DNA from: Trichosphaerium sp. ATCC 40318
Taxonomy: Eukaryota; Protista; Tubulinea
Reading direction: 5' to 3'
DNA length: 64,000 nucleotides
NCBI GenBank assembly: GCA_038496445.1
Contig: JALMLS010000627.1
Span: 1 to 64,000 of the forward strand
Shown: in pieces, positions 26,448-38,247 of the stretch
Layout of the letters: the number at the start of each line of letters is the position of its first letter
Position numbering within the stretch: position 1 is the stretch's first letter
Position numbers and translations under genes: made by a program
Notes under the pieces: model-generated
What the model saw: only the letters and a program-made list of their open reading frames with translations
The model's database searches: none
Told to the model about the DNA's origin: nothing

Positions 26448-27989
26448 ATGTCATCAAAAGAAAGCCAGTCATCGACTGTAGACGATGTGGGTCATGTTTC
26501 AATAGAATTATTGGTACAGTTCGAACGACCTTATCCACGCCCTTATATCGCGTAGGCTGTACTAAAAATTGTAAATCACTGTAAAGCATCACTACCGGAG
26601 CTCGTTACAGGTACTAAACGCTTTAATCGAATAATTTAGGCTGGTTTGTAACATTATCAAAAAGGTCATCTCTTGGGTATCGATATAGGCTCTACCGTTG
26701 AAGTCACGGATTGTTTTCCTTTCCTCACCGGTGAAGATAAAGACGACGAAGAATCGAACGATGGAGGCAATTTTCAGTTATCTATGCTACGGTGCTTGCG
26801 TGAGGTTAACGTAGATTGTAATACTGTACGTACTGGGCCAAAATATTTTAACCACCGACCCTCAACAGGTTCTTGCTAGCTAGCATTGCTATCAAAGAAA
26901 GTATAGGCGTCGAAAATTTATTAATCGCATTATTTGTTGCATTTCTTTGCTTGTTTGCTTTTAAATGACACTCACGCGCTTAGGTTGGTTGGTACCAATC
27001 CTCATACGTTGGCTCTGGTACTACACTTAGCAAGGCAATGATTGACTATCAATACGCCTATCAGGTACGGTTTTTGCAGCAGTGTCAAAGTTTTGTCCAT
27101 GCTGTTTTTTCGATGTAATTACGGACTGTTGGATTGATTTGCAATGGTAGAGTTCTTTGAGCAAGAGCGTCGTCTTGGTGTACGATCCACTCCGCTCCAA
27201 AAAGGGCGCTCTCAATCTTCAAGCATACAGATTGACGCCTAAATTCATGGGATTGCTCAAGAAACAAGCTGAACGCGAAAAGGAAGGCAACAAAGAAAAT
27301 CCTTTTGGCCGCTCTAGGTAATTTTTGTGCTCTCTTATCTTTGCTCTTGACACTTACCAATTGTTTCTTTCAACAGCTTGTTGGATGCTGGCGTTGCTTT
27401 TACCGATGTGTTTCAAGAAGTACCTGTCCACGTCCGCATTGGACCTGCTGGGAAAGCGCTCATTTACCGTCTGCAAGCAACACGTGGCCTCCGCTCCAAT
27501 TTCAATTTCTTGTCTTTCGATGGCAACAAATACTTGCAACGCAACCTCGAGTACCTCTTGGAATGCTTGGTTGATCTCCAACAAGAACAATACAAAATCT
27601 CCGTGTACAACCGCGCAATCCAACGTCGCAAAGATGACATTGAAAAAAACCTTGACAAACGCGTACGTAATAACACATGCGACACGTTTGGAATTAGAAC
27701 CTTGCCATTGTCTTTTTGTGGTTCTTGTTTCTTGCATACTTACGTGGACATTTAGCGCAAAGAAAACGCTGAGAGAGAACTTCAAGGCAAACCAAAATTA
27801 CCAGATAGCCGCAGTGTCATAGAAGCCGAGCTTGCTTCTAATTTTAAGTTGCCTGTTGAGCCTTCTCGTCTCGATGCGATGATCATCACTAACCAACTCG
27901 ATCACTACTGCCAGCACGTACAACAATACGCTGGTTCCTCCTTCACAAAGCTCTACCTTGGAAAGAGCGGTAAAGGACAAGACAGCTGA
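26448..27989 (+). CDS. EIF3H: Translation initiation factor 3 subunit H (MPN domain)
   Basis: VLKIVNHC, GHLLG..VEVTDCFPF, MLRCLREVNVDCNTVGWYQS, VYDP, AYRLTP, EPSRLD, TKLYL. Confidence 0.93.
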
Positions 27990-28166
27990 GTATTTACAGA
28001 AAAAAACGAAATGCTCCTTTTTTTTGTAATGTAAAATACTGGTAAACAAAACTAAAATACTCATTACTGTCTCTGTGGTTCCTTGACACTAAACATTAGC
28101 GTTGGCCGTTTGTTGTTGGCTATTTTTTTAATTTACAAATACAAGAAGATACGATTGTTGGCTGGT

Positions 28167-30846
28167 TTATGCTTTGTTCGTTTCCGTTGACACAAAGTCA
28201 ATGGCTTCCTCCCAAACTTCTTGGTTACCTTTGTAGCTCTCCTCCAAATCACGTATTATGTCAATGAGTTCGCTACAGGTTGGTCTCTAAGCATGTGTGT
28301 TAATAGTGAGGTAGTATTGTCTAGAGCTGAGTACCACTTCAGGATCAGCGTCCCATAGTCTAGTGATCAATGCCCTAATTTCAGGAGGAGCTGTCGGTGG
28401 AATAGTAGGTCTCAAGCCCTTCTTGGATGTCTGTATGATGACTTGGAAATCGAAATGTATCTAAATAACACAAAAAGTCACCATCACGTGTAAAAAATCA
28501 CATGGAGTGTGACAACGCACGTGTGTGTATTCAGCGTAAGGTTGAGAATATACGCCATAAATACATCGATAGACAAGTTCCCAAAGGATAACGCCCATAC
28601 TAAACACGTCGGACTAAAGGATTGTGAGTACTGCAAAACATTAAGTGAGTGGCATACCAATGGCGTATATTCCTTGGTAAAGTATACTTCTGGTGCCCTA
28701 CAGTGCTGTTGGTGCGAGAATAATTACTTGTGGCGTACACATAGGCATATGTTCCTCGTAGCTTCCTGAGTGTGTCCTCTTGATTTTCGGGTACTACAAA
28801 GCGACTCAGCCCAAAATCACCGACCTTGACTTGATTGTATTCGTCAATCTACAACAGAGTGTAAGAGAAAATAAGTAAAAAAAAATGGCATGCTCATTAC
28901 CATAAGATTAAGCGTCTTTAAATCCCTGTGTACTATTGGCGGTTTCCAGCAATGCAGTGCGTTCAATCCGCGTGCAGTTTCCTTGTACCACCGGAAGACG
29001 AGATCCCACCCTATTTCAGCGTGGCTATCTTGTAGTTGATCGAACATACTGCCTTTGTGACAGAGTTCTAATATCATACAGAGCCTGGGTTCAATGACTG
29101 CTCCAAAGAAGAACATCAAGTTAGGTGAACGTAATTTGCTAAGGGAACAAGTAAGATGACTACCCTCTTTCATATATTACATAAAAGCATTCAGTACATA
29201 CCTCATGATTGTGAACTCATCCTTTAAATCCGCAATTAACTTTTCTTGAGGTCGTTTGTCTGTTGGTGATAGGTTGATAACTTTAATCGCCACTTCGTGG
29301 TATTGAAATAAACCCTGCAATGAAAAACAACAACGTCAGTGTACGGTGACACGGTTACACGTTAAACGTGAATAAGTTTTCGGGTTTTTGTGTTGCAATT
29401 GCAATTATTGCGAACGTGGTACCTTGTACACGGTTGCAGATGCGCCTGTACCCAGTTTGCGTAGGAAAGTCAGTTGATCTGCTTCCACCAACCAATCTGA
29501 CTTTGAGGCTTCGACATCCGCAAATATTGGAGAGTAGTCCTCAGGTTCAATTTCAGTCGATAGCTTTTTCGGCCATTCTTGATCAGGTTCGACAGGTACA
29601 ATCACCTTAAACATGTTCTCGTCCATCACGGCCACTTCCACCAGCTCTATACCCATATCACCTAGCTCGTCAATTGTTCCCAACTTTTCGTGATTAACGG
29701 GGAAGTGACCACTAATAAAGTAAATTTTCCCAGCCACGTGTAATATTTCACGCCAGGTTTTGCACGTGATTAAAAAGAGAAAAAAGAAAGAAGAATGTTG
29801 ATGATAGCCGCCGTCCAGCAAACAGCAAATGTGCAATCGTACCAGTTACAAAGACCGCTTCCATTGTCATCATAATACTTGCAATTACAATGGTCGATAG
29901 TGCACTCGCCACGAATGAAGCCAAAAGCAATACCAAAAGGAACATTGTTTAAATCCTTTACTTTGTCTTCGTTGTCTGTGTTTGTTGTTTCCAGTTCCCT
30001 CACACCCATTACTTGTAGCGCCTTCGGTTTGTTCCTGCGTTCTACTTCAAGGTAACCACTGCGCTAATTATTTGTTCAGTTTAAACTATATAATAGAAAA
30101 ACCACGCCAATTATTGGCACGATATATAAACACATGCAAAAAAGGTCGTAAAATAAACTAAGCAACGTACTGAGAGGTATTTGTCCATTATCAACTTTTG
30201 ATGCTTGTAGGCCGTTTGCTCAACATACAAGGCAACGTCTTTGTGTTTATTGAGAACGGCAGCTTCGAGAGGTGATCGCCCCCATCTATCACGAACATGT
30301 ATTGAGGCACCTGCTGTTATCAGAAATTCTACAGTTGACATGTGGCCATTTGCGCATGCTAGATGCAGTGGACATCGGCCATCATAGTTTTCTACAAGAA
30401 AGGGATTATTAGAGCATCGAAATAAACGCAAGAGGCTGCACGTAAATTAAAAATAAATAAAAGGCTTGGTCGTACTTGATTTAATGTATGTGGCACCCTT
30501 TTCTAAGGACGTCCGAAGAACGTAGTTATCCCCAACTGCAGCGGCTACGCGTTTGTTAATTCAAGCATGCGCATCATATTTTTGCACAATACTCACCAGC
30601 ACATGCTGCTAACACTTGAACATCCTTTGTTTCTGCACGACCGGTCGTTTTAGTGCGCATTTGTCTAATATTGGCATTTTCCTTCTGCGCGGCCTTTAAC
30701 CGGAATTTCAGCACCCTCAACTTGGCTTCTAGCTCTGTAATTCGTGTTTGTACAGCCGCTGTTCCTTGTTCAGCCTCGCTCAACTGTAAGTCCAGAGATT
30801 CTTGTTCTTCGCGCAGCTCTTTCTTTTTTTTCTTCGCTTTGGGCAT
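28167..30846 (-). CDS. TKL-group protein kinase with N-terminal coiled coil, ankyrin repeats and a small Cys/His module (start uncertain; alternative ATG at 30955)
   Basis: YDGRCPLHLA, DRWGRSPL ankyrins; GECTIDHCNCKYY..GLCNCGHFPVNH; LGTGASATVYKG, HRDLKTLN, DFGLSR, GTYAYVAPE, DVFSMGVILWE. Confidence 0.88.
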
Positions 30847-31434
30847 GTCGCCGCTTCTCACACAAATTTAGCGCTGTACAAACCTCAAAGTGTACGTTGT
30901 AAGTTGTAGCGACGTACGTCTTCTGATTCTCGCCCTTACGCACTGCCGTAACCATCTTTAGCGCCTAGTTTGAATAAACAAATGCTAACACAAACTGACG
31001 CACTTTGGAAGACACCTGAGGCATTTGGTGGCCCACCTTATCACTTTTCTTTTTACTACTCATTGATCGAGCCTGTACACGTAAAGTGATAACGGCTGCA
31101 GTTAATTACATTAGGAAGGCAGTTGACTTTAACGACATATCAGGCTAACGGACTTATCTGACGTTAACATTTAATTTAAAAGTTGTCACCAGACGTAAAA
31201 ACTGCGAACACACGAACCGACGCTGCAGAACTAAAAATCTGTAGCTGCAGAAAACAGAATTAATCGTTTAGTACTACGTTTTACGAACCAAAACACCGCC
31301 CATACCATTCTCACGTATGAAACTAGCTACTACAAGGGTTTGTAGGTTTTGAAACGTGCATTATCTTGGACAGTTTAATAGTATAACAGGCTTTACGTTC
31401 ACAATACACCAAACAAGGTAGCGTGTTGCGCATG

Positions 31435-33395
31435 CTACTTTTTACTGAATAGTTTGTATGCACGCAAAGCACATTCTCCGTCATTGTCCCATTGTTGCAC
31501 CTACATAAAGCATTACACAGTGACTTACAAAATGTCAAAAGTCCACTTACCAACTCAATCCATTTGGTAGGGATTTCTGATACGCCATAAATCGACCCAG
31601 CAATCTGCGCTGCTACAGAACCCACAGAATCTGCGTCACCTCTTGATGCGTGTCAAACAAGGGAGTGATAACAAACATGTACAATAGAACACTTAGCAAC
31701 GTACCTCATATTAACACATTTGAGTACAGCCTCTGTGAATGATGACGTCGTGTATACACAGTGAAGTGCCATCGACAGTGCTACATGTGAAAAGTAAGTT
31801 GCAGAACTATCAAGCACTCTACGCACCATCCATCGCGTATGAACCAATATAACCTGGCTGTTTCATAGATCTACCTGGAGCGTACTTGAAGTCTGGTGTA
31901 ATCATTTTACGTGAGTACTACACAAAACAAACAAATAAACGTACCAGCGTCCATCCAATCCCAATTTCTGTCTTGGAGGTCGAGTTTGGCGTTACATTCG
32001 CGTTTCTCCTCCTGTGTACTAGCTGCCAAACATTGCATAGAGTACTCCTTTGAAGTGAATATAGAAGGCAAGTCATCAAGGAAGGACTTGTCACCCTTTG
32101 GTGAATTGATTGCTGTCATTATGATCAACGACATTAACTACAACCCACATTAATGAGGCTCATTGCGACTTTAAATATCATACCCTGCAACATTCAGCTG
32201 CTTCCTCTCCTTGGTGTGTTGTCTTACTTTGTTTGTATGCGACATCCATACCCTTTTCCTTGTTCTAAGATAGATAATGAGTGGTGTTCTGTTGTTATTA
32301 GGCGTTAAGAACATACATCCCAAAAAAATACAGGAACAGCGGCAAGACGCATCACAGATCCATTTCCTGAAGTGTAAAAATCACCTGCTGAAGTATACTC
32401 GGTTCTCTTCTCAACAAACTCACTCATTGATTGGCTAATATTACCGCCTAGACCGACCTATCATCTGAGTATTAGGAACTCGAAAATGGTAAGATTCATT
32501 TCCTCACCGAACCGCCACGTTCTGGATCACAACTAGTAGACAGTCAGTATAGATGTATGTGATATGGTCGTGGCGCACCCGAATGCATTGCAGTAGCCAA
32601 ATTGCCACCAATTCAAAAATCTGAGACGCAAATCGGTTGGAGAAAATTCAGGATGAACTAACAGCGATTCTGCTATGCATTGACCCATTGAAGCATCATC
32701 TATACTCGATTTAATACCGTAGCAGCAGCTTGCAGTACCTGTCCACTGTCCTGGCTTCAAACCAAAGCGATTGTAGCCCTTGTGTAGGAAATAAGTTGCA
32801 ATTTGAAGATCTCATTTCAGAACGTACAGGCGCTGTCCATATCTGAACGTGGTCCATGCCCTGGTTGTGGTTAGCAATTGTATACCCAACTAGACATAAC
32901 ACGTGCTCATTGAGAGCCCTCTATGCTATCAGACCGTACCTTGAGCTCGTCTACTCCATACCGCACTGCGCTGAACTCCAAGGGCGCCCTGTACCGAAAA
33001 CGTCAGCGCACAGGAAAATAGTACATAAAAAAACTCATTACCCTAACGCATCACCAACAACCATACCCATATAAGCACCTAGCGCTTTGTCCTCTTTCAA
33101 CGAAAATCCGTTGGCTTTTAGCTTTTCTTGAACCATCTTCTTCTGTGGATCGTCTGGTTCCAATACCGTGTATTTGCACAACGAACCAGGATTGTACTTG
33201 TTACGAAGCACCTACAAAGCTTAGTTTTCGCCAAGAAGATGCAGCACATACGCCTCTTTGCTTGGGATCGACGCCATTGGGAAACGTAAACGCAATTGAA
33301 GCATCCTCAGCAGTCATAACTGGTGCAGGTCCTGGTTTGCCGTTATTACCTTCTGAATATTCATCTTGCGGACCTTGGCTTTGAGCGACACCCAT
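31435..33395 (-). CDS. ADP-ribosylglycohydrolase (DraG/ARH family), possibly N-myristoylated
   Basis: MGVAQS start; VGDALGAPLEF, GQWTDDASM, GNGSVMRLA, GDADSVGSVAAQIAG motifs intact. Confidence 0.9.
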
Positions 33396-33482
33396 CCTTT
33401 TGTTGTTTAAACAGCTTTGTTTGCTGTTTTGTTGGAGTTTCAAAGAAAGTGATCAAGGTAAGGGCGCTTAACTTTTTTTCAA

Positions 33483-33511
33483 TTTCCCTCCAAATTTCGT
33501 AACGGCAGTTA
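33483..33511 (+). promoter_or_regulatory. Candidate E2F-like plus paired Myb/MSA sites upstream of CDK1
   Basis: TTTCCCTCCAAA followed by TAACGG and CAGTTA (TAACTG on minus). Confidence 0.3.
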
Positions 33512-33536
33512 CATTTAATTTACTTTACTACACACG

Positions 33537-34916
33537 ATGGACACCGTCCCTGACAGCCTCGAGAGATACGAAAAGATAGAGAAGATAGGCGAGGGCACCT
33601 ATGGCGTGGTGTACAAAGCAGTTGACAAGGAGAGCAACCGATTCATTGCCTTGAAGAAGATTCGCTTAGAACACGAAGATGAAGGCGTTCCTTCTACTGC
33701 CATACGCGAGATTTCAATACTTAAGGAGTTGGAACACCCAAATATTGTGAGGTAAGCTGATCAGCACGAGATCTCTGTTTAGTAATTTTTTACAGTTTGC
33801 TTGACGTTGTACACTACGAACAAAAACTGTACTTGGTGTTTGAGTATCTTGACAAAGATTTAAAGAAATATATGGATTCTGTCCCTAAAATGGACCCTCT
33901 GCTCGTCAAGGTACACTACTCAGTCCTCGTTGCAACCATTTTGTGCGGTCATAAACAATTAATCCCGCCACTATTTCTGTGCTCTTTTAACACCCGCGCT
34001 TGCACTCAACGTTTACGCTAGCCCATTTTCCCGCTACTTTTATTTAACGTGTGAATATTTATTTGTTTTTCACTAGAGTTATTTGTTTCAATTGGTGCAA
34101 GGTATTCAGTTTTGCCACTCACACCGCATTCTCCACCGCGATCTAAAACCGCAAAATTTGTTGGTACGGCTTTTTTTGGTTATTGTGCGAAATACGCAAG
34201 CCACTCACCGCTACGCACTAGATCGACCGCAATGGCGTCCTCAAATTGGCTGATTTCGGCCTGGCCAGAGCATTTTGCATTCCAATACGGTCTTACACGC
34301 ACGAAGTACGTAAATTAACTCCGTTCTCCTCTTTTGTATCGGTTTTTGGACGTCGTGAAAATGTTTTTATTTTTCTGAAAGCTTTCGCGTTGTTTTTTTC
34401 AGTGGCTCTACGCGCCGAGTCAAGACTCAATATTAACGTCGTCTGCTTAGGTGATTACCCTATGGTACCGTGCGCCTGAAATCCTATTGGGAAGTAAGCA
34501 ATACGCCTGCCCTGTAGACATTTGGTCCATTGGTTGCATCTTTGCTGAGATGGTAACCAAGCGACCACTATTCCCTGGCGACTCTGAGATCGATCAAATC
34601 TTCAGAATCTTCAGGTACGTTGTCGCCCGTCCGTCTAATTTGCATCCGTGCGCGCACTCTACTCACCGTCATATTTAGAACGTTGGGTACACCAAACGAA
34701 GAGAACTGGCCTGGCGTTACAAAATTGTCAGACTTCAAGTCTACGTTCCCAAAATGGCCTACTCAAAGCTTGTCAAGCGTCATTCCTCAAATGGATCCTA
34801 CTGCTATTGACTTGCTCAATCAAATGTTGGTTTTCCGACCATGTGACAGGATATCTGCCAAAGTTGCACTGACTCACCCATACTTCGATGAGCTTCGCGA
34901 ACGCAACATTTTCTAA
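33537..34916 (+). CDS. CDK1: Cyclin-dependent kinase 1 (PSTAIRE), 6 exons
   Basis: [58 protein letters not shown]. Confidence 0.96.
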
Positions 34917-35167
34917 CTAGATATACGACTGCTAGTATCTCGCTATTTCTCGCTCTTGTAACATACGCCTTTGTACAATTAAAAACAACCTATTCTCAGG
35001 GTCATCGATGTTGTTCTGTCATCACCTTGTGCAACTTCTACCAAAAAACAACGAAACTTGGGCGTTAAATTATTTAAATCAACAAAGTATTGGTGCTGGG
35101 TTAATAAGGCAACCGAGGGTTTACAGATTTATTTTGACATGTTGTGGGTAATAATATTGGTGTTGTC

Positions 35168-36479
35168 TCACTTTTTGAGACCGAGAAGTTCAAAAGCGGT
35201 GGCCTTCTCTTCAGCCAATTCTTTCTCTGTCGCTTCGAGTTTTGTGCGTGCGAAGTCAGATACAGCAAGTCCTAATCGAAGGTTAGTTGCGGTTAACCAT
35301 ACCGAAAAAGGCTGACGTACCTTTAACAACCGAAATTTTACCGTCTTTGATTGTGACAGGATGAGAGTACATGAGTCCCTCTTGCACGCCGTAGGATCCA
35401 TCTGAGTAGATGCCCATGCTGACCATTTCGCCCTCAGCAGTGCCTTTTGGGAAAAGAGTTAGCTACTAATGTTAAAAAAAGGGATATTGTGTCGTACCAA
35501 AGTGCCAATAGTGCACGTGGTCTACAATGGCTTTGGCAGCAGAAGCAGCAGAGCTCAATTTTCTCGCAGCGATAATAGCGGCACCACGTTGTTGTACAGT
35601 GCTTATAAATTCGCCATTGAGCCACTCTGCGTCACACAATTCAGTGGCTTTTTTATCTCCAATGACAGCGTTCGAAGCGTCTGGGTATTGTGTCTACAAA
35701 GAATATTAGAAGGTAACGCTTATAATTGATTCAACAACTGACCTTGGAGTGATTGCCCCAAATTGTGACGTTTTTAACGGTTGACACAGCGACACCTGCT
35801 TTTTTAGCGAGTTGTGCGCGCGCTCTAACAAATTTAGTTAGCGTGGAAATGGTTCTTTCGTGATTTTGCGGCTTGGAGGTACCTGTTGTGGTCGAGCATT
35901 GTAAGAGCTGTAAATTGACTGTTTGGGATTGATTCAGCGCATGTGGCGGCAATTAGAGCGTTGGTATTGGCAGGGTTACCTACTACCAAAACACGAACTG
36001 ATTTCTTGGCGTTGTCGCTGATTGCTTTGCCCTGTCCTTTGAAAATAGGCACATTTTTAGCTAACAGGTCCTTTCTGAGCATGCCCTCCCTACGAGGAAA
36101 AGCTCCTACGAGAATAGCGTAGTCGCAATCTTTGAACGCAACATTTGCGTCGGTTGTGCCAACAACATCTATTAGACAGTCAGAGAGGGAACAATAGGGA
36201 GTTAAAGACCTTGAACGAGTGGAAATGCGCAATCGGCTATTTCCATTACGACGCCTTGCATCACTTTCTCGCAGTACGGAATGTCAAGCAATTGAAGAAT
36301 TACTGGTTGGTCTTTGCCAAAAGCCTCTCCTCTAGCGACCAAAAAAATTAACGAATAGCAGATTTGGCCAGCGGCGCCACTGATGCACACTCTTATTGGT
36401 TCTTTAGTAGCCTAACACGACAAAACTGTTAAAAAAAACCTTTGTATGTTTTAAGTAAGCGCCAACGGAAGCGTACCAT
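35168..36479 (-). CDS. MDH1: Cytosolic malate dehydrogenase
   Basis: [51 protein letters not shown]; intron immediately after the ATG. Confidence 0.95.
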
Positions 36480-36810
36480 GTTGTGTTGTTGTTGTTCTTA
36501 GAGTTTATACGAAGTTATGTATCCAGTCAAATTACAGTCAGTTTTCCTACTTGTTCCCTTTTTTTTCACGTGTTACTTTACAGGAAACTGGCTACGGAAA
36601 GCGCCGTAAGAAAGTGCGTGTACAAAAGAAAGCGTCCTAGTGTTGTGATTTATGGCCGAATTTTTTTTTAAGTGTATTGCACTTCAACGGCATTGTTATG
36701 CCGTTCATAGAGCGTGAGTACCAGTGGTTACCGCCAAATGTACGTGGTAAAAAAGTTTTATTACTTGTCTGTTTTTGCACACAATGTACGTTTGTTTTGT
36801 ACGTTTCTTG

Positions 36811-38107
36811 TTATTCAAAGGCTTGTGGAGGTGGATCCCACATGACACCAAAGAATAATTTCATTTCTAGCATTACAAAAGTTGTTGGCGAGTCACTTGA
36901 ATTTGTAAACGAAATTTCTGTTGTATACTCTACGCGGCAACCGTCTCCACTACTCAAAATCTTGACAGATTGTTAATTCTTGGCACAAAAAACCGAAAAA
37001 AAAAATCCGTACAGTATCATTGACTTCCAAGTCTGGGCTACCAACACTCAAGTGGACGTATGCAGCGTATCCTGGAGCCATTTTATGTGTTATACTCTTA
37101 CCTTCACCTATTAATGTATGTCAACTACGCGACAATTCATGCACGTGTTATAACTCACCGAGTGTGCATACGTAAATGCGAGCACGTTGATTTATATGAA
37201 TAGCATCCGCATTCACTGCGTTGCCCTTTCCTACACCATCGACAACGCACAACAGATTGTCAATCATATCTTCTGGTTTAAATTGCGCTGTCTTTAGCAC
37301 AGGAGGATTCAGTCGTATGTCAAACGATGGCCATAGCACAGCTTGTATTGTGTGTAAAACGCCATCAGCAGGATTGATATCTTCACTGGTGTTTAGCTTA
37401 GAATCACCTTTTTTTCGTTGAACCTGTTAGATGTTTACATAAGTAAGATTGGTGCGTACTCCAATTGCCAGCTGACTTGTAGTGGACACCGGCAGGGCCT
37501 AGCACTTCGGAGTCAGGATCTTTAGATAGCTTCATTTGTCCCGATAGTACAATCGTGAGGTTTTCAAAGCCATCCAATGGAATGTGTTGGGGTGCTTGAC
37601 AGCTGCCATCTCGCTCAACAAAAACATCTGGGGTTAGTTCAGGGCGCTTGGTCAGAGCACCAGCACTGGACCCTGTTATCCGTGCAACTGCTGTACTTGT
37701 CTCTATTTCAGGCTTCTCGAAGACGTCTTCGTTCAACAGGCGCACCGAGTGGAAACCGTCGTGTCCAGGTGCATAAAATGCTCCAAAATTAAAGGAGCAA
37801 TACCGCTTTGAAACACTCGTTTCTTGATAGCCCCTGTCATTCTATGCTTAATTCATGTATGTGAGCACCGTAAGCGCACCTATCTCCGGATTGCATGCGA
37901 GAAATAGTGACATTATTTGGGGCTACGCCACAATGCCTCAATACCATTCGCACAGCGCGTTGGGATGCTCTCGGCGCCTATATTGATCGTATAAACACCC
38001 AATTTCATGTATTATTGAAAGAGAGACTTGTACGAGCTTCTTAAACGTACGTTGTGCTGTACGCGACAAAACAGAGCGCGAGTACGCCCAAGCACATTAA
38101 GGGCCAT
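36811..38107 (-). CDS. Pirin-like bicupin (YhhW/YhaK type) with degenerate metal site and probable mitochondrial presequence (start uncertain)
   Basis: DRGY..SFNFGAFY..GFHSVRLLNED, FENLTIVLSG, SAG, IHINQRARIY, AYVHL, GDG. Confidence 0.78.
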
Positions 38108-38247
38108 CCACGTGTTTACAAGAAGAGGAGCGAACGTGAATGAATGCAATATTCGGCTGTTAGGTGCAGATCTAAGCGAGAGAATTATCGGTGCTGGTAA
38201 ATGAAATTCAACTTTAAATTCAGCTGTAGGCACTAGTGGTGTCACAA

